A program made the translations under genes and the position numbers. DNA of 64,000 nucleotides from an uncultured Octadecabacter sp. Lineage in GTDB: Bacteria > Pseudomonadota > Alphaproteobacteria > Rhodobacterales > Rhodobacteraceae. Shown in pieces: positions 19,568 to 29,410 of the stretch (position 1 is the stretch's first letter; each line of letters opens with the position of its first letter). The notes beneath the pieces are model-generated. The model saw only the letters and a program-made list of their open reading frames with translations. It was not told the origin of the DNA and searched no databases. The stretch is taken from the NCBI GenBank assembly GCA_964406585.1, contig CAYOSK010000001.1:5191-69190 (forward strand), given 5' to 3'.

Positions 19568-20728
19568 ATGGCCAACACAACAAAACCAACCGCATGTCTC
19601 GTTCTTGCCGATGGGACTGTGTTTTACGGAATGGGGTTTGGAGCAACGGGGCAAACCGTTGCAGAACTCTGTTTCAACACGGCCATGACCGGCTATCAGG
19701 AAATCATGACTGACCCGTCTTATGCAGGGCAGATCGTGACCTTTACATTCCCCCACATCGGCAACACAGGCGTCACGCCCGAAGACGATGAAACGGCAGA
19801 TCCGGTTGCATCGGGGATGGTTGTGAAATGGGACCCAACCTTGCCAAGCAACTGGCGGTCGGTTGAACGACTGGAACCGTGGCTGGAAAAGCGCGGACGC
19901 ATCGGCATTGGGGGCCTGGACACCCGTCGTCTGACGCGGGCGATCCGCCAGCAAGGTGCGCCACATGCGGCGCTTGCGCATCATCCTGACGGCGTGTTTG
20001 ACATAGAAAAACTTATGGCTGCGGCGCGCGGGTTCGCGGGCCTTGAAGGACTTGATTTGGCCAAAGATGTCACGTGCGCGCAATCCTATCGTTGGGATGA
20101 AATGCGGTGGGCGTGGCCCGATGGTTTCCCCCGTCAGACAGACCCGAAATACAAAGTCGTCGCGGTAGACTACGGCGCAAAACGCAATATTTTACGCTGC
20201 CTTGCCTCTGCTGGGTGTGATGTGACTGTTCTTCCTGCCAGCGCAACTGCAGCGGATGTCATGGCCCTCAGCCCTGATGGTGTGTTTCTCTCAAACGGGC
20301 CCGGCGATCCGGCTGCGACGGGTGAATATGCCGTGCCTATGATTAAGGATGTGCTGGAAAAAGACATTCCGATTTTCGGAATTTGCCTTGGCCATCAAAT
20401 GCTTGCATTGGCATTAGGTGCAAAGACCATAAAAATGAACCACGGCCATCACGGCGCAAACCATCCGGTAAAAGACAAAGACACCGGAAAAGTTGAAATC
20501 ACGTCGATGAACCACGGCTTTACCGTAGATGCGCAATCCCTTCCTGCTGGCGTGCGCGAAACCCATGTGTCGCTGTTTGACGGGTCAAACTGTGGCATCG
20601 CTGTCGATGGAAAACCGGTGTTTTCGGTGCAATACCACCCCGAAGCGTCACCAGGGCCAATGGACAGTTATTACCTGTTTGAACGTTTCGCAGCCGCAAT
20701 GGCGGACCGCGCGGGTGTTTCAGCCTAA
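19568..20728 (+). CDS. carA: Carbamoyl-phosphate synthase small subunit
   Basis: FNTAMTGYQE, LSNGPGDP, GICLGHQ and QYHPEASPGP motifs. Confidence 0.97.
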   Translation: MANTTKPTACLVLADGTVFYGMGFGATGQTVAELCFNTAMTGYQEIMTDPSYAGQIVTFTFPHIGNTGVTPEDDETADPVASGMVVKWDPTLPSNWRSVERLEPWLEKRGRIGIGGLDTRRLTRAIRQQGAPHAALAHHPDGVFDIEKLMAAARGFAGLEGLDLAKDVTCAQSYRWDEMRWAWPDGFPRQTDPKYKVVAVDYGAKRNILRCLASAGCDVTVLPASATAADVMALSPDGVFLSNGPGDPAATGEYAVPMIKDVLEKDIPIFGICLGHQMLALALGAKTIKMNHGHHGANHPVKDKDTGKVEITSMNHGFTVDAQSLPAGVRETHVSLFDGSNCGIAVDGKPVFSVQYHPEASPGPMDSYYLFERFAAAMADRAGVSA

Positions 20729-20754
20729 CCAAGACCGTCTAATCGAACCCATCC

Positions 20755-20770
20755 TTAACGCGCCATTAAC
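20755..20770 (+). promoter_or_regulatory. CtrA binding box
   Basis: TTAA-CGCGCCA-TTAAC, a perfect TTAA-N7-TTAAC about 40 bp upstream of the GT2 gene. Confidence 0.75.
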
Positions 20771-20808
20771 CGTTCCGATTTCATAGTGAGTTAGGGACAC
20801 ACGGTGGG

Positions 20809-22743
20809 GTGCGGATGGGTCTGGTATTCAAAACACGGCGAAGTATTAAACCACAACAAATCGGCCTTCTTGCAGCGCGTGTGGCGACGCCACGCAGCAC
20901 GGGCGACGTTTTGGGGCCGATTGGCACCAAAGCCGCGCGTGACGCGGCCCAAGCGGACCTTTCCTTGCGCAATTCAAACCTTGTGACCAATGCATTGCGC
21001 CATCGAACCGGTCTTCCCGCACGAACATTTGCCTTGCTCGAGGCGGGGACGATTGGAACCAGTCTTGTCGATCCTTTTGCAGAACCAGCGGACCCGCGGC
21101 TATTGGAAAAATTCAGCGCCCGTCTTTGCCTAAAGCATCGGGTGCTTCCTTGGCGTTCGATCTCTGGCAGGGTCACCGTTTTGGCCACCAATCGAGAACA
21201 TTTTTTACGTGTCCGTGACGCGCTAACGATCATTTTCGGGACGGTTCATCTGGCCATTGCAAAACCGGATGATTTTGACGCGGCGCTTAGCAAAACATGC
21301 CACGAACAGCTCATGAGCAACGCAGAGGAGAGGACCAAGCCAACTGAGTCTTGTCGCGACTGGAGCGCAGCCAAAGCACTTTGGCTCGGCGTCGGCGCAA
21401 TCATCGTTTTGCTTGCCTGTTTCATATTGTGGCCACGTATCAGTTTTTTGGTCCTTTGCGTTTGGGCGACCTGTACACTCGTTCTTAATACGCTCTTGAA
21501 GATCGCAGCGGCTGTGATCTTTGTGTTGCCAAAGCCCCATAAGCCCGTTCCAGCCAATCCGCAGGTTGCCCGTTTGCCTGTTGTTACACTCCTTGTGCCC
21601 TTGTTTCGCGAACGAGACATTGCCGGCGCCTTGGTACAGCGTCTATCGCAACTGGACTATCCGACTGATCGTTTAGATGTGTGCCTTGTGTTGGAGGCGG
21701 ATGACGCAACAACGCAAGCGGCCCTTGCCCATGCGCAATTGCCATTCTGGATGCGTGCGATCCGAGTTCCTATGGGTGCACTTCAAACCAAGCCCCGCGC
21801 ACTGAACTATGCGCTAAGCTTTGCCAAAGGATCAATAATCGGGGTTTATGACGCCGAAGATGCCCCTGCGTCTGACCAGTTGCGCGTTGTGGTCAAACGG
21901 TTCGCCCAGCGCGGACGCGACGTCGCATGCCTGCAGGGACGTTTGGATTTCTACAACACCCATTCCAACTGGCTCGCGCGGTGTTTCACGATCGAATATG
22001 CGACTTGGTTTCGGATCGTTCTGCCTGGGCTTGAAAGGTTGGGCCTTGCAATTCCTCTGGGCGGTACCACCCTGTTCTTTCGTCGCGAAATCTTAGAAGA
22101 ATTGGGGGGCTGGGACGCGCACAATGTGACGGAGGATGCGGATCTTGGAATCAGATTGGCCCGCCACGGATACCGCACCGAAATCATCGAAACCACAACC
22201 CAAGAAGAAGCGAACGCGCGCGCGTGGCCGTGGATCAAACAACGATCACGGTGGCTAAAAGGCTATGCCATCACCTACGGGGTCCATATGCGTAACCCAC
22301 TGAAACTACTGCGTGATCTAGGTATTTGGCGGTTCATGGGTGTGCAGCTATTGTTTGCCGGCACGATTACACAATTCTTATTGGCCCCTTTGCTATGGTC
22401 GTTTTGGTTGATGATATTTGGCCTTCCCCATCCATTGAACGGCGTCTTGTCAGAACCGGTCGCGTTCACACTTGCGGGTATATTTCTATTGACGGAACTG
22501 GTGAACGTCACAGTCGCAGCACTGTCAGTCTCGACAACGCATAAACGTGACCTGATTAAGTGGACGCCCACTTTGCACATATATTTCCCGTTGGCTGCAC
22601 TCGCGGCCTACAAAGGTGTCTTCGAACTGGCGACAAAACCGTTTTATTGGGACAAGACCACCCACGGCGTGTTCGCACCAACACCATCCATCAACGCGAC
22701 TGTGCTGCCTCAACCGCGGACGCATCCAACCGCAGCCGAATAG
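20809..22743 (+). CDS. GT2 family membrane glycosyltransferase with N-terminal GspE-N-like region
   Basis: TKPRALNYA, YDAED, VTEDADLG and QRSRW (D,D,D,QxxRW) motifs, with flanking TMs. Confidence 0.88.
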   Translation: MRMGLVFKTRRSIKPQQIGLLAARVATPRSTGDVLGPIGTKAARDAAQADLSLRNSNLVTNALRHRTGLPARTFALLEAGTIGTSLVDPFAEPADPRLLEKFSARLCLKHRVLPWRSISGRVTVLATNREHFLRVRDALTIIFGTVHLAIAKPDDFDAALSKTCHEQLMSNAEERTKPTESCRDWSAAKALWLGVGAIIVLLACFILWPRISFLVLCVWATCTLVLNTLLKIAAAVIFVLPKPHKPVPANPQVARLPVVTLLVPLFRERDIAGALVQRLSQLDYPTDRLDVCLVLEADDATTQAALAHAQLPFWMRAIRVPMGALQTKPRALNYALSFAKGSIIGVYDAEDAPASDQLRVVVKRFAQRGRDVACLQGRLDFYNTHSNWLARCFTIEYATWFRIVLPGLERLGLAIPLGGTTLFFRREILEELGGWDAHNVTEDADLGIRLARHGYRTEIIETTTQEEANARAWPWIKQRSRWLKGYAITYGVHMRNPLKLLRDLGIWRFMGVQLLFAGTITQFLLAPLLWSFWLMIFGLPHPLNGVLSEPVAFTLAGIFLLTELVNVTVAALSVSTTHKRDLIKWTPTLHIYFPLAALAAYKGVFELATKPFYWDKTTHGVFAPTPSINATVLPQPRTHPTAAE

Positions 22744-23350
22744 TGAATGCCTGACTAATATGTTCGCGCAAAGCTTTGTCGGCGGCGTCACCGTCACCCA
22801 CTTCGATAGCGCGCACTATTTGTTCGTGTTCTTCTAGAGTGTCAGACGGGCGTCCTTCTACAGCGATTGATGTTGACGCCAAAAGCGCCATAGATCGATG
22901 CACAAGATCAAGTTGCTGCACCAAAAACCGATTGTGACTGGCAAGGTGAATTTGCTTGTGAAAACGGCGGTTCGCACGGCTCATGGCATCAGGATCGTCG
23001 ATCAACTTGCGATCATCCTCAAGCATATCGCGCAATACTGACAATTCTTCTGGGGTTGCATGACGCGCAGCAAGACGCGCGGCCAGACCCTCAAGGGCGC
23101 CGCGCACAACATACAGTTCGCTTAACTGACTATGATCCAGCGACGACACGATCAAAGATCGCCCATCCCGGGTCAGCAAACTTTGGGTCTCAAGCCTTTG
23201 AAGTGCTTCACGTATGGGCGTGCGAGAAACCCCAAACCGATCCGCAAGTTCGCTTTCAACCAAGCGGCTGCCGGGTTTGTAAATTCCTGTGTCGATGGCT
23301 TCGAGGATCAGTTCGTAAGCATCTTTGTGTGATGGCGCTGCTTCTTGCAT
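22691..23350 (-). CDS. GntR (FadR/FCD) family transcriptional regulator
   Basis: ESELADRFGVSRTPIREAL HTH plus FCD features (FH..I..ASHN, EHEQI). Confidence 0.92.
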   Translation of the reverse strand: MQEAAPSHKDAYELILEAIDTGIYKPGSRLVESELADRFGVSRTPIREALQRLETQSLLTRDGRSLIVSSLDHSQLSELYVVRGALEGLAARLAARHATPEELSVLRDMLEDDRKLIDDPDAMSRANRRFHKQIHLASHNRFLVQQLDLVHRSMALLASTSIAVEGRPSDTLEEHEQIVRAIEVGDGDAADKALREHISQAFTIRLRLDASAVEAAQSR

Positions 23351-23374
23351 GTGTAATCTTTCCTAGACACCTAT

Positions 23375-23407
23375 TTGTATACAACTGTATCAACCGGTAT
23401 CAAGTAT
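23375..23407. promoter_or_regulatory. Probable GntR operator
   Basis: Palindrome TTGTATACAA followed by GTATCAA direct repeats, between the divergent gntR and nucleotidase genes. Confidence 0.55.
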
Positions 23408-23442
23408 GACATATCTGGAACCGACCCAAACAAGGCGCTCAA

Positions 23443-24087
23443 ATGGTCAAACCATCGTTTTCGCATGTCAGTACGTGGGTGTTTGACCTCGATCATACGC
23501 TATACCCGCCGGAGTCTGCGCTGTTTGACCAGATTGAGGTTCTGATGGCCGATCAGGTGTCCAAAACGTTGGGCGTAGATCGTGCCACGGCCGACAGTTT
23601 GCGCGATCACTATTGGTCAACCTATGGGACAACGTTGGCTGGATTGATGAACGAACACAACATCGATCCCGATCCGTTCTTAGAGGCCGTCCATGACATC
23701 GATTTCAGCGTCTTGTCACCAGATCCGGTACTTGCGCGCGCCGTCCATGCGTTGCCAGGGCGCAAAGTCATCTACACGAACGGTACAAAACCCTATGCCC
23801 ATAATGTTCTGAACGCCTGCGGTTTGGACGGCTTGTTTGATGCGGTCTACGGCGTTGAACACGCAAATTATCGCCCAAAACCTGAACCAGTCGCTTTCGA
23901 AACTGTGTTTGCCCTTGATGGGATCCGCGCCGATCAAAGCGCCATGTTCGAGGATTCCGTTCGCAACCTCAAAGCGCCTTTTGCGATGGGAATGCAGACG
24001 GTCCATGTCGCGCCAGCCCCTGATCCACACGAACACATCCACCATCATACCGATAATTTGGCGGCTTTCTTGTCGCAGCTGGTCTAA
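23443..24087 (+). CDS. Pyrimidine 5'-nucleotidase (HAD family)
   Basis: WVFDLDHTLYP, YGTTLAGL, KP and MFEDS.RNL motifs. Confidence 0.88.
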   Translation: MVKPSFSHVSTWVFDLDHTLYPPESALFDQIEVLMADQVSKTLGVDRATADSLRDHYWSTYGTTLAGLMNEHNIDPDPFLEAVHDIDFSVLSPDPVLARAVHALPGRKVIYTNGTKPYAHNVLNACGLDGLFDAVYGVEHANYRPKPEPVAFETVFALDGIRADQSAMFEDSVRNLKAPFAMGMQTVHVAPAPDPHEHIHHHTDNLAAFLSQLV

Positions 24088-24129
24088 CGCGGCTTTTCGC
24101 TTGGGGGCATGCGCCCTATGTTGCGTCGT

Positions 24130-25335
24130 ATGTTAGATACAGACATCTTTATTTCAGGGGGCGGCGTGGCCGGCCTAACCGCGGCCGCGGCGTTCGGAAG
24201 TGCAGGGTTTAATGTCATCATTGCAGACCCCATGCCGCCCATTACAGATCAGGCTACGGACGGCGCCGATTTGCGAACGACCGCATTTTTACAGCCCGCG
24301 CGTGATTTTCTAGAGAGTGCTGGGCTTTGGAAACAGCTCGCACCCTATGCGACACCCCTGCAAATCATGCGGATCGTTGATGCTGGCGGCGCCGACCCGG
24401 CAGCGCGCGTCACCCGCGATTTTGATGCTGCTGATATTTCTGACCTGCCGTTTGGTTGGAATTTGCCCAATTGGCTCCTACGACGAGAAATGATGGCGCG
24501 GCTGGCTAAACTTCCAAACGTCGATTTGCGTATGGGTATTGGTTTTGCATCGATGCTAACCCGGACAAGCCATGCTCGCGTCACGCTGACGGACGGGACA
24601 CGGATAACCGCAAATCTTGTGATAGGCGCGGATGGGCGGCATTCTGCAGTGCGGCAGGCCGCCGGAATTGGCGTAAAAACAAAACGCTATGGGCAAAAGG
24701 CCGTGACCTTTGCCGTAACGCATAATGCACCGCATGATAATGTTTCAACCGAGATTCACCGCACAGGCGGGCCGTTTACGTTGGTGCCCTTGCCGGATCA
24801 CGATGGGAAACCCTGTTCGGCCGTCGTTTGGATGGAAGACGGTGTAGAAGCGGTTCGTCTTGCAGAACTTGCAAAAGATGATTTTGAATCCGAAGCAGCG
24901 GCGCGCAGTGCAAATACATATGGCCCGCTTACACTCGTATCACGACGCATGGTTTGGCCGATAATCAGTCAAATTGCAGACCGCATGATCGGTGAACGCA
25001 CAGCCCTTGTCGCAGAGGCGGCCCATGTTTTACCCCCAATCGGTGCGCAGGGACTAAACATGTCGCTGACAGATCTGTCCAATCTTCTCGATCTTGCGCA
25101 GGCGTCCCCAAACACTTTGGGTGACGTGGATATGCTGCGCGACTATCAGCGCCGTCGTCACAGCGACGTCGTGATGCGCCACACCGGTATTGATCTCTTG
25201 AACCGTGCCTCGCGGGCCGAACACCCTTTTTTGCGCGACCTTCGTGCAAAAGGGATCGAAGCGCTTTATGGTGTGACACCAGTTCGTAAAACACTGATGC
25301 AGCTTGGCCTTGGTGCGCGCGAGCGCACCGATTGA
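24130..25335 (+). CDS. UbiH/UbiF/UbiL family FAD hydroxylase
   Basis: GGGVAG, GADG and EAAHVLPPIGAQGLN motifs. Start may be 24109. Confidence 0.88.
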   Translation: MLDTDIFISGGGVAGLTAAAAFGSAGFNVIIADPMPPITDQATDGADLRTTAFLQPARDFLESAGLWKQLAPYATPLQIMRIVDAGGADPAARVTRDFDAADISDLPFGWNLPNWLLRREMMARLAKLPNVDLRMGIGFASMLTRTSHARVTLTDGTRITANLVIGADGRHSAVRQAAGIGVKTKRYGQKAVTFAVTHNAPHDNVSTEIHRTGGPFTLVPLPDHDGKPCSAVVWMEDGVEAVRLAELAKDDFESEAAARSANTYGPLTLVSRRMVWPIISQIADRMIGERTALVAEAAHVLPPIGAQGLNMSLTDLSNLLDLAQASPNTLGDVDMLRDYQRRRHSDVVMRHTGIDLLNRASRAEHPFLRDLRAKGIEALYGVTPVRKTLMQLGLGARERTD

Positions 25336-25346
25336 AAGGAAGACGA

Positions 25347-25817
25347 ATGATCCGCTTGATGGCCGCAATCGCCGCTACCCTAGTTGTGACAGCTTGCCAG
25401 CCTACCCCGCCGCCGTCCGCAACCGTAAGTGCGGCCGATGCATCAGCCGCGATTGCAGTCCTGCCAACACTGAATTGCCGCGTCGCAGATTTCCAAACAC
25501 AAAGCGCCGATGACCGTGCGTTTGTTCAAGGCAATCTTGGAAAGCGCTACCTGATCACCGTTGAAGGCCAGACATTGGTCACTACCGTCACGTCAGATGT
25601 TTTCAACGATTCTAGCAAGCGGTTCCCCATCACGAACGTCACTGAAACACAAATCATCGCCGGTGGGGGAACCGCGCTTGGCGGCGAGACCCTGATCGTG
25701 AACCGCATACCCGTAAACGGGCGCTATTCTGCCGAAGATCGTTTTGTAATTATGTCCAGAAATGATCGGGGCACGATCGCTGACAACCGCTGGATATTGT
25801 CCTGTGTGCCCGCCTAA
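25347..25817 (+). CDS. Hypothetical lipoprotein
   Basis: AAGGAAG RBS, leader MIRLMAAIAATLVVTAC with lipobox, two further Cys. No family recognised. Confidence 0.65.
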   Translation: MIRLMAAIAATLVVTACQPTPPPSATVSAADASAAIAVLPTLNCRVADFQTQSADDRAFVQGNLGKRYLITVEGQTLVTTVTSDVFNDSSKRFPITNVTETQIIAGGGTALGGETLIVNRIPVNGRYSAEDRFVIMSRNDRGTIADNRWILSCVPA

Positions 25818-25912
25818 GCGCTAAATCTGTGGACAATCTAGCAGGACTGATTGCCCCCACGCAGGCTTTGCGCCACAATGCCAGCCAAAGCGATAAAACC
25901 AAGAGCAGCACA

Positions 25913-27871
25913 ATGGCAAATGATCTATTGGGCGGGCAACCAAGCCCAGAATACGATGCGTCTTCGATCCAAATCCTTGAGGATATGGAACACGTGCGCC
26001 TGCGTCCCGGCATGTACATTGGCGGCAAGGACGATCGCGCGCTGCACCACATGGTCGCGGAAATCGTCGACAATTCTATGGACGAGGCTGTCGCGGGCCA
26101 CGCCACATGGATCGAAGTTGAATTGCATTCCAATGGCCATGTTACCGTGCGTGACAACGGGCGTGGTATTCCGACCGACCCGCATCCCAAGGACCCCAGC
26201 AAATCCGCACTTGAGATCATCTTTTGCACCCTGAATGCGGGCGGAAAATTCTCCGGTGACAGTTACCAAACGTCGGGCGGTTTGCACGGCGTTGGATCAT
26301 CCGTGGTCAACGCCTTGTCTGATCATTTGCGGGTCGAAGTCGCCCGCAACAAAGAACTGCACATGATGGAGTTTTCACGCGGTGTGCCGCAGGCCCCATT
26401 GGCGAAGATCGGCGCAGCCCCCAATCGACGCGGGACATCCGTTACATTTCATCCGGACGCAGACATTTTCGGTTCCCTTGAACTGAAACCAGCCCGTCTT
26501 TTCAAGATGGCGCGATCAAAGGCCTATCTGTTTAGTGGTGTTGAAATCCGCTGGAAGACCGACATCAATGATGGCGAAACGCCCCAAGAGGCAACTTTCA
26601 AATTCCCCGGCGGTCTGGCCGATTATCTGAATGAAACACTGGCCGGTGCAACGACCTATTCCGAACAACCTTTCGCGGGAACCGTTGATTTTACAGATAA
26701 ATTCAACGTTCCGGGCAAGGTGGAATGGGCCATAAACTGGACCCCAACACGCGATGGTTTTATCCAATCCTATTGCAATACCGTTCCCACGCCCGAAGGC
26801 GGCACACACGAACAAGGGTTCTGGTTGGCCGTTCTGAAAGGCATAAAATCCTACGGCGAACGGGTGAACAATAAGAAGGCCAACATCATCACACGCGAGG
26901 ACCTGACGACAGGTGCAGGCGCGTTGGTCTCTTGTTTCATCCGCGATCCTGAATTCGTTGGCCAAACCAAAGACCGTCTTGCAACGACAGATGCCCAGCG
27001 CATGGTCAACCTTGCTGTGGCAGACCATTTTGATAACTGGTTGGCCGCTGATACGAAATCCGCAGGCGCGATACTCGATTTTCTGGTACTGCGGGCCGAA
27101 GAACGGGTGCGCCGCAAGCAGGAAAAAGAAACCGCGCGCAAAACAGCGACACAAAAATTGCGGCTTCCCGGCAAGTTGGTGGATTGTTCATCCAAAACCC
27201 GCGACGGGACTGAATTGTTCATCGTTGAGGGTGACAGCGCGGGCGGATCGGCCAAAATGGCACGAAACCGCAACACCCAAGCTCTGCTGCCTTTGCGTGG
27301 CAAAATCCTGAACGTGTTGGGTGCAGCGTCATCTAAACTTGGCACAAACGCGGAAATTTCTGATCTGACACAGGCGCTTGGCGTTGGTTTGGGGGCAAAA
27401 TTCAACGTCGACGATCTGCGCTATGACAAAGTCATTATCATGACCGATGCGGATGTGGATGGTGCCCATATCGCGGCGCTATTGATGACGTTCTTTTTCA
27501 GTCAGATGCGCCCAATGATCGATGCAGGCCATTTATATTTGGCGTGCCCGCCCTTGTTCCGTGTGACGCAAGGCGCGCGGAGGGTTTATTGTTTAGACGA
27601 GGCTGAAAAGAACGAAGCGCTTGCCAAAGGTCTTGGCGGTACCGGCAAAATGGACGTTTCCCGATTTAAAGGCTTGGGTGAAATGGACGCCAAGGATCTG
27701 AAAGAAACAACGATGGACCCCACATCGCGCAAACTTATCCGCGTGAGCATTGACGAAGATGAGCCCGGGCAGACAGGTGATTTGGTCGAACGTTTGATGG
27801 GCAAAAAGCCCGAAATGCGGTTCCAATACATCCAAGAAAACGCGCGGTTTGTTGAAGAACTGGACGTCTAA
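25913..27871 (+). CDS. parE: DNA topoisomerase IV subunit B
   Basis: RPGMYIG, EIVDNSMDE, GGLHGVG, VEGDSAGG, MTDADVDG and RFKGLGEM motifs. Short length without the GyrB insertion. Confidence 0.93.
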   Translation: MANDLLGGQPSPEYDASSIQILEDMEHVRLRPGMYIGGKDDRALHHMVAEIVDNSMDEAVAGHATWIEVELHSNGHVTVRDNGRGIPTDPHPKDPSKSALEIIFCTLNAGGKFSGDSYQTSGGLHGVGSSVVNALSDHLRVEVARNKELHMMEFSRGVPQAPLAKIGAAPNRRGTSVTFHPDADIFGSLELKPARLFKMARSKAYLFSGVEIRWKTDINDGETPQEATFKFPGGLADYLNETLAGATTYSEQPFAGTVDFTDKFNVPGKVEWAINWTPTRDGFIQSYCNTVPTPEGGTHEQGFWLAVLKGIKSYGERVNNKKANIITREDLTTGAGALVSCFIRDPEFVGQTKDRLATTDAQRMVNLAVADHFDNWLAADTKSAGAILDFLVLRAEERVRRKQEKETARKTATQKLRLPGKLVDCSSKTRDGTELFIVEGDSAGGSAKMARNRNTQALLPLRGKILNVLGAASSKLGTNAEISDLTQALGVGLGAKFNVDDLRYDKVIIMTDADVDGAHIAALLMTFFFSQMRPMIDAGHLYLACPPLFRVTQGARRVYCLDEAEKNEALAKGLGGTGKMDVSRFKGLGEMDAKDLKETTMDPTSRKLIRVSIDEDEPGQTGDLVERLMGKKPEMRFQYIQENARFVEELDV

Positions 27872-28008
27872 CTAGGCCCTGACGTTGATTTGGCGGGAAC
27901 GTAGGAAAGACAGCCGTTCGGTGCCGCTTGGGGATGCAACATCCTTTTCAGTGCGCGATCACAATCATATGGCTTGGCCTGCACATCGCTGCCGACTATC
28001 GTGGCAGA

Positions 28009-28689
28009 ATGCGGAAAGTCTTTATTCTTCTTTTGCTCCTTGCGGCATGTGGTCGTGGTATTACCCCGGCTGAACGGGTCCTGATGGGTGAAATCATGGG
28101 CGATACGTTTGATCCCCGCGGTGCCCGTATGGTCGAGGCCGGTTTCATAGGGGTGCGCACACGTGAATACGCAGTCCGCCCACAAGTCACGTGCCGAGAG
28201 CGTATCAATGCCCCGCCCATCAGCGAAACCTTTACTGCGCGCACCGCGGGGGCCGTGGCATGGACGCATGTTTTGACTAATCCTGACTGGACCTTGCCGA
28301 ATTACGCACCAAACTATCCCGAAGAATTCAACCTGCATGCAGTCATGTATTTCGCCCACGAAATGACTCATATTTGGCAATGGCAGAACCGTGGCTTGAC
28401 CCGATATTCCCCGTTTAAAGGGGCCGCCGAACACCGCCCGGGTGCGGACCCCTATTTGTTTGACCCCGAAGACGAAATTGACTTTCTTTCAATGGGTTAC
28501 GAACAACAGGCTGTTTTGGTCGAAGAATTTATATGTTGCCGCACATTGGCCCCGAACGCGGCACGAACCCACCGACTCTACGAAGTTTTGTTAGCAGTCA
28601 TGCCGGTTCAGCACCCAACGCAAACGCCGGTGCCTTTAAAGGTCACCGGCGTCTATGAGAATGCTGATCTGTCAGGTATTTGCGATTAA
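28009..28689 (+). CDS. Hypothetical lipoprotein with HEXXH motif
   Basis: MRKVFILLLLLAAC lipobox, AHEMTHIWQWQ and YEQQA. Confidence 0.7.
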   Translation: MRKVFILLLLLAACGRGITPAERVLMGEIMGDTFDPRGARMVEAGFIGVRTREYAVRPQVTCRERINAPPISETFTARTAGAVAWTHVLTNPDWTLPNYAPNYPEEFNLHAVMYFAHEMTHIWQWQNRGLTRYSPFKGAAEHRPGADPYLFDPEDEIDFLSMGYEQQAVLVEEFICCRTLAPNAARTHRLYEVLLAVMPVQHPTQTPVPLKVTGVYENADLSGICD

Positions 28690-29327
28690 CGCACAGCGAG
28701 GTTGGACACGGACGCGCGAATACTTGATCCCGTGTCGTCGCTGTCAGCGGAAACCGCAATACCAACCAAGGCGCCCGGCGCACCGCCAAAGGCTGTCGCA
28801 AAATCGCTTGCCAGATTGACAGACTCAGAATTGCTGCCGGTTCCAGCCGCCCGCAGGATCACATTTGCACCCTGACCCGGCGCATATGGAGATTGCTGCA
28901 CCGATCCGCGCCCGTGGTTGCCGCCCCAGACGTATTGCAAGATGCGGACGTTGGGATTGCTGTTCAGACGTCGGATATTGGCCCCCTCCATCGCATTCGC
29001 GTCGGCCTCGGGCAGGAAGACAAAGTAGATTGAAATATTGCGATCGTCCCCACCTTTGCGGCGCAGGTCCGTGGCCGGAACGGATGTATCAACAGACCAG
29101 TTCCATGACGCGCGGGTTGATCCCCAATCGCCTCGGTTTGTACGGGTCCATGCCAAGGATACGCCGCCATCGGATGCAATCCCAAGGGAGCCGCCATTGA
29201 ACGAATAGCTATTGGAATTGAACAACTGAAGCCGCTGTTCATTCCAGCTGCCGCCAAATGAAATCGGGCCAGCAGACACAGCGCTCGCGGCAAGCAAAGC
29301 AGGGAAAGCAAGGGGGAGGATACGCAT
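28686..29327 (-). CDS. DUF3047-like exported protein
   Basis: Signal peptide, KGGDDR, LQYVWGG and IAVSADSDDT motifs. Confidence 0.75.
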   Translation of the reverse strand: MRILPLAFPALLAASAVSAGPISFGGSWNEQRLQLFNSNSYSFNGGSLGIASDGGVSLAWTRTNRGDWGSTRASWNWSVDTSVPATDLRRKGGDDRNISIYFVFLPEADANAMEGANIRRLNSNPNVRILQYVWGGNHGRGSVQQSPYAPGQGANVILRAAGTGSNSESVNLASDFATAFGGAPGALVGIAVSADSDDTGSSIRASVSNLAVR

Positions 29328-29410
29328 AAAACAACCTTTCATTGATTGAGCGCAGAGTGCCCCGACTTGGGTGCGTTGCTCAATGAAAGGTTGCTCAGTT
29401 CACGCCATTG

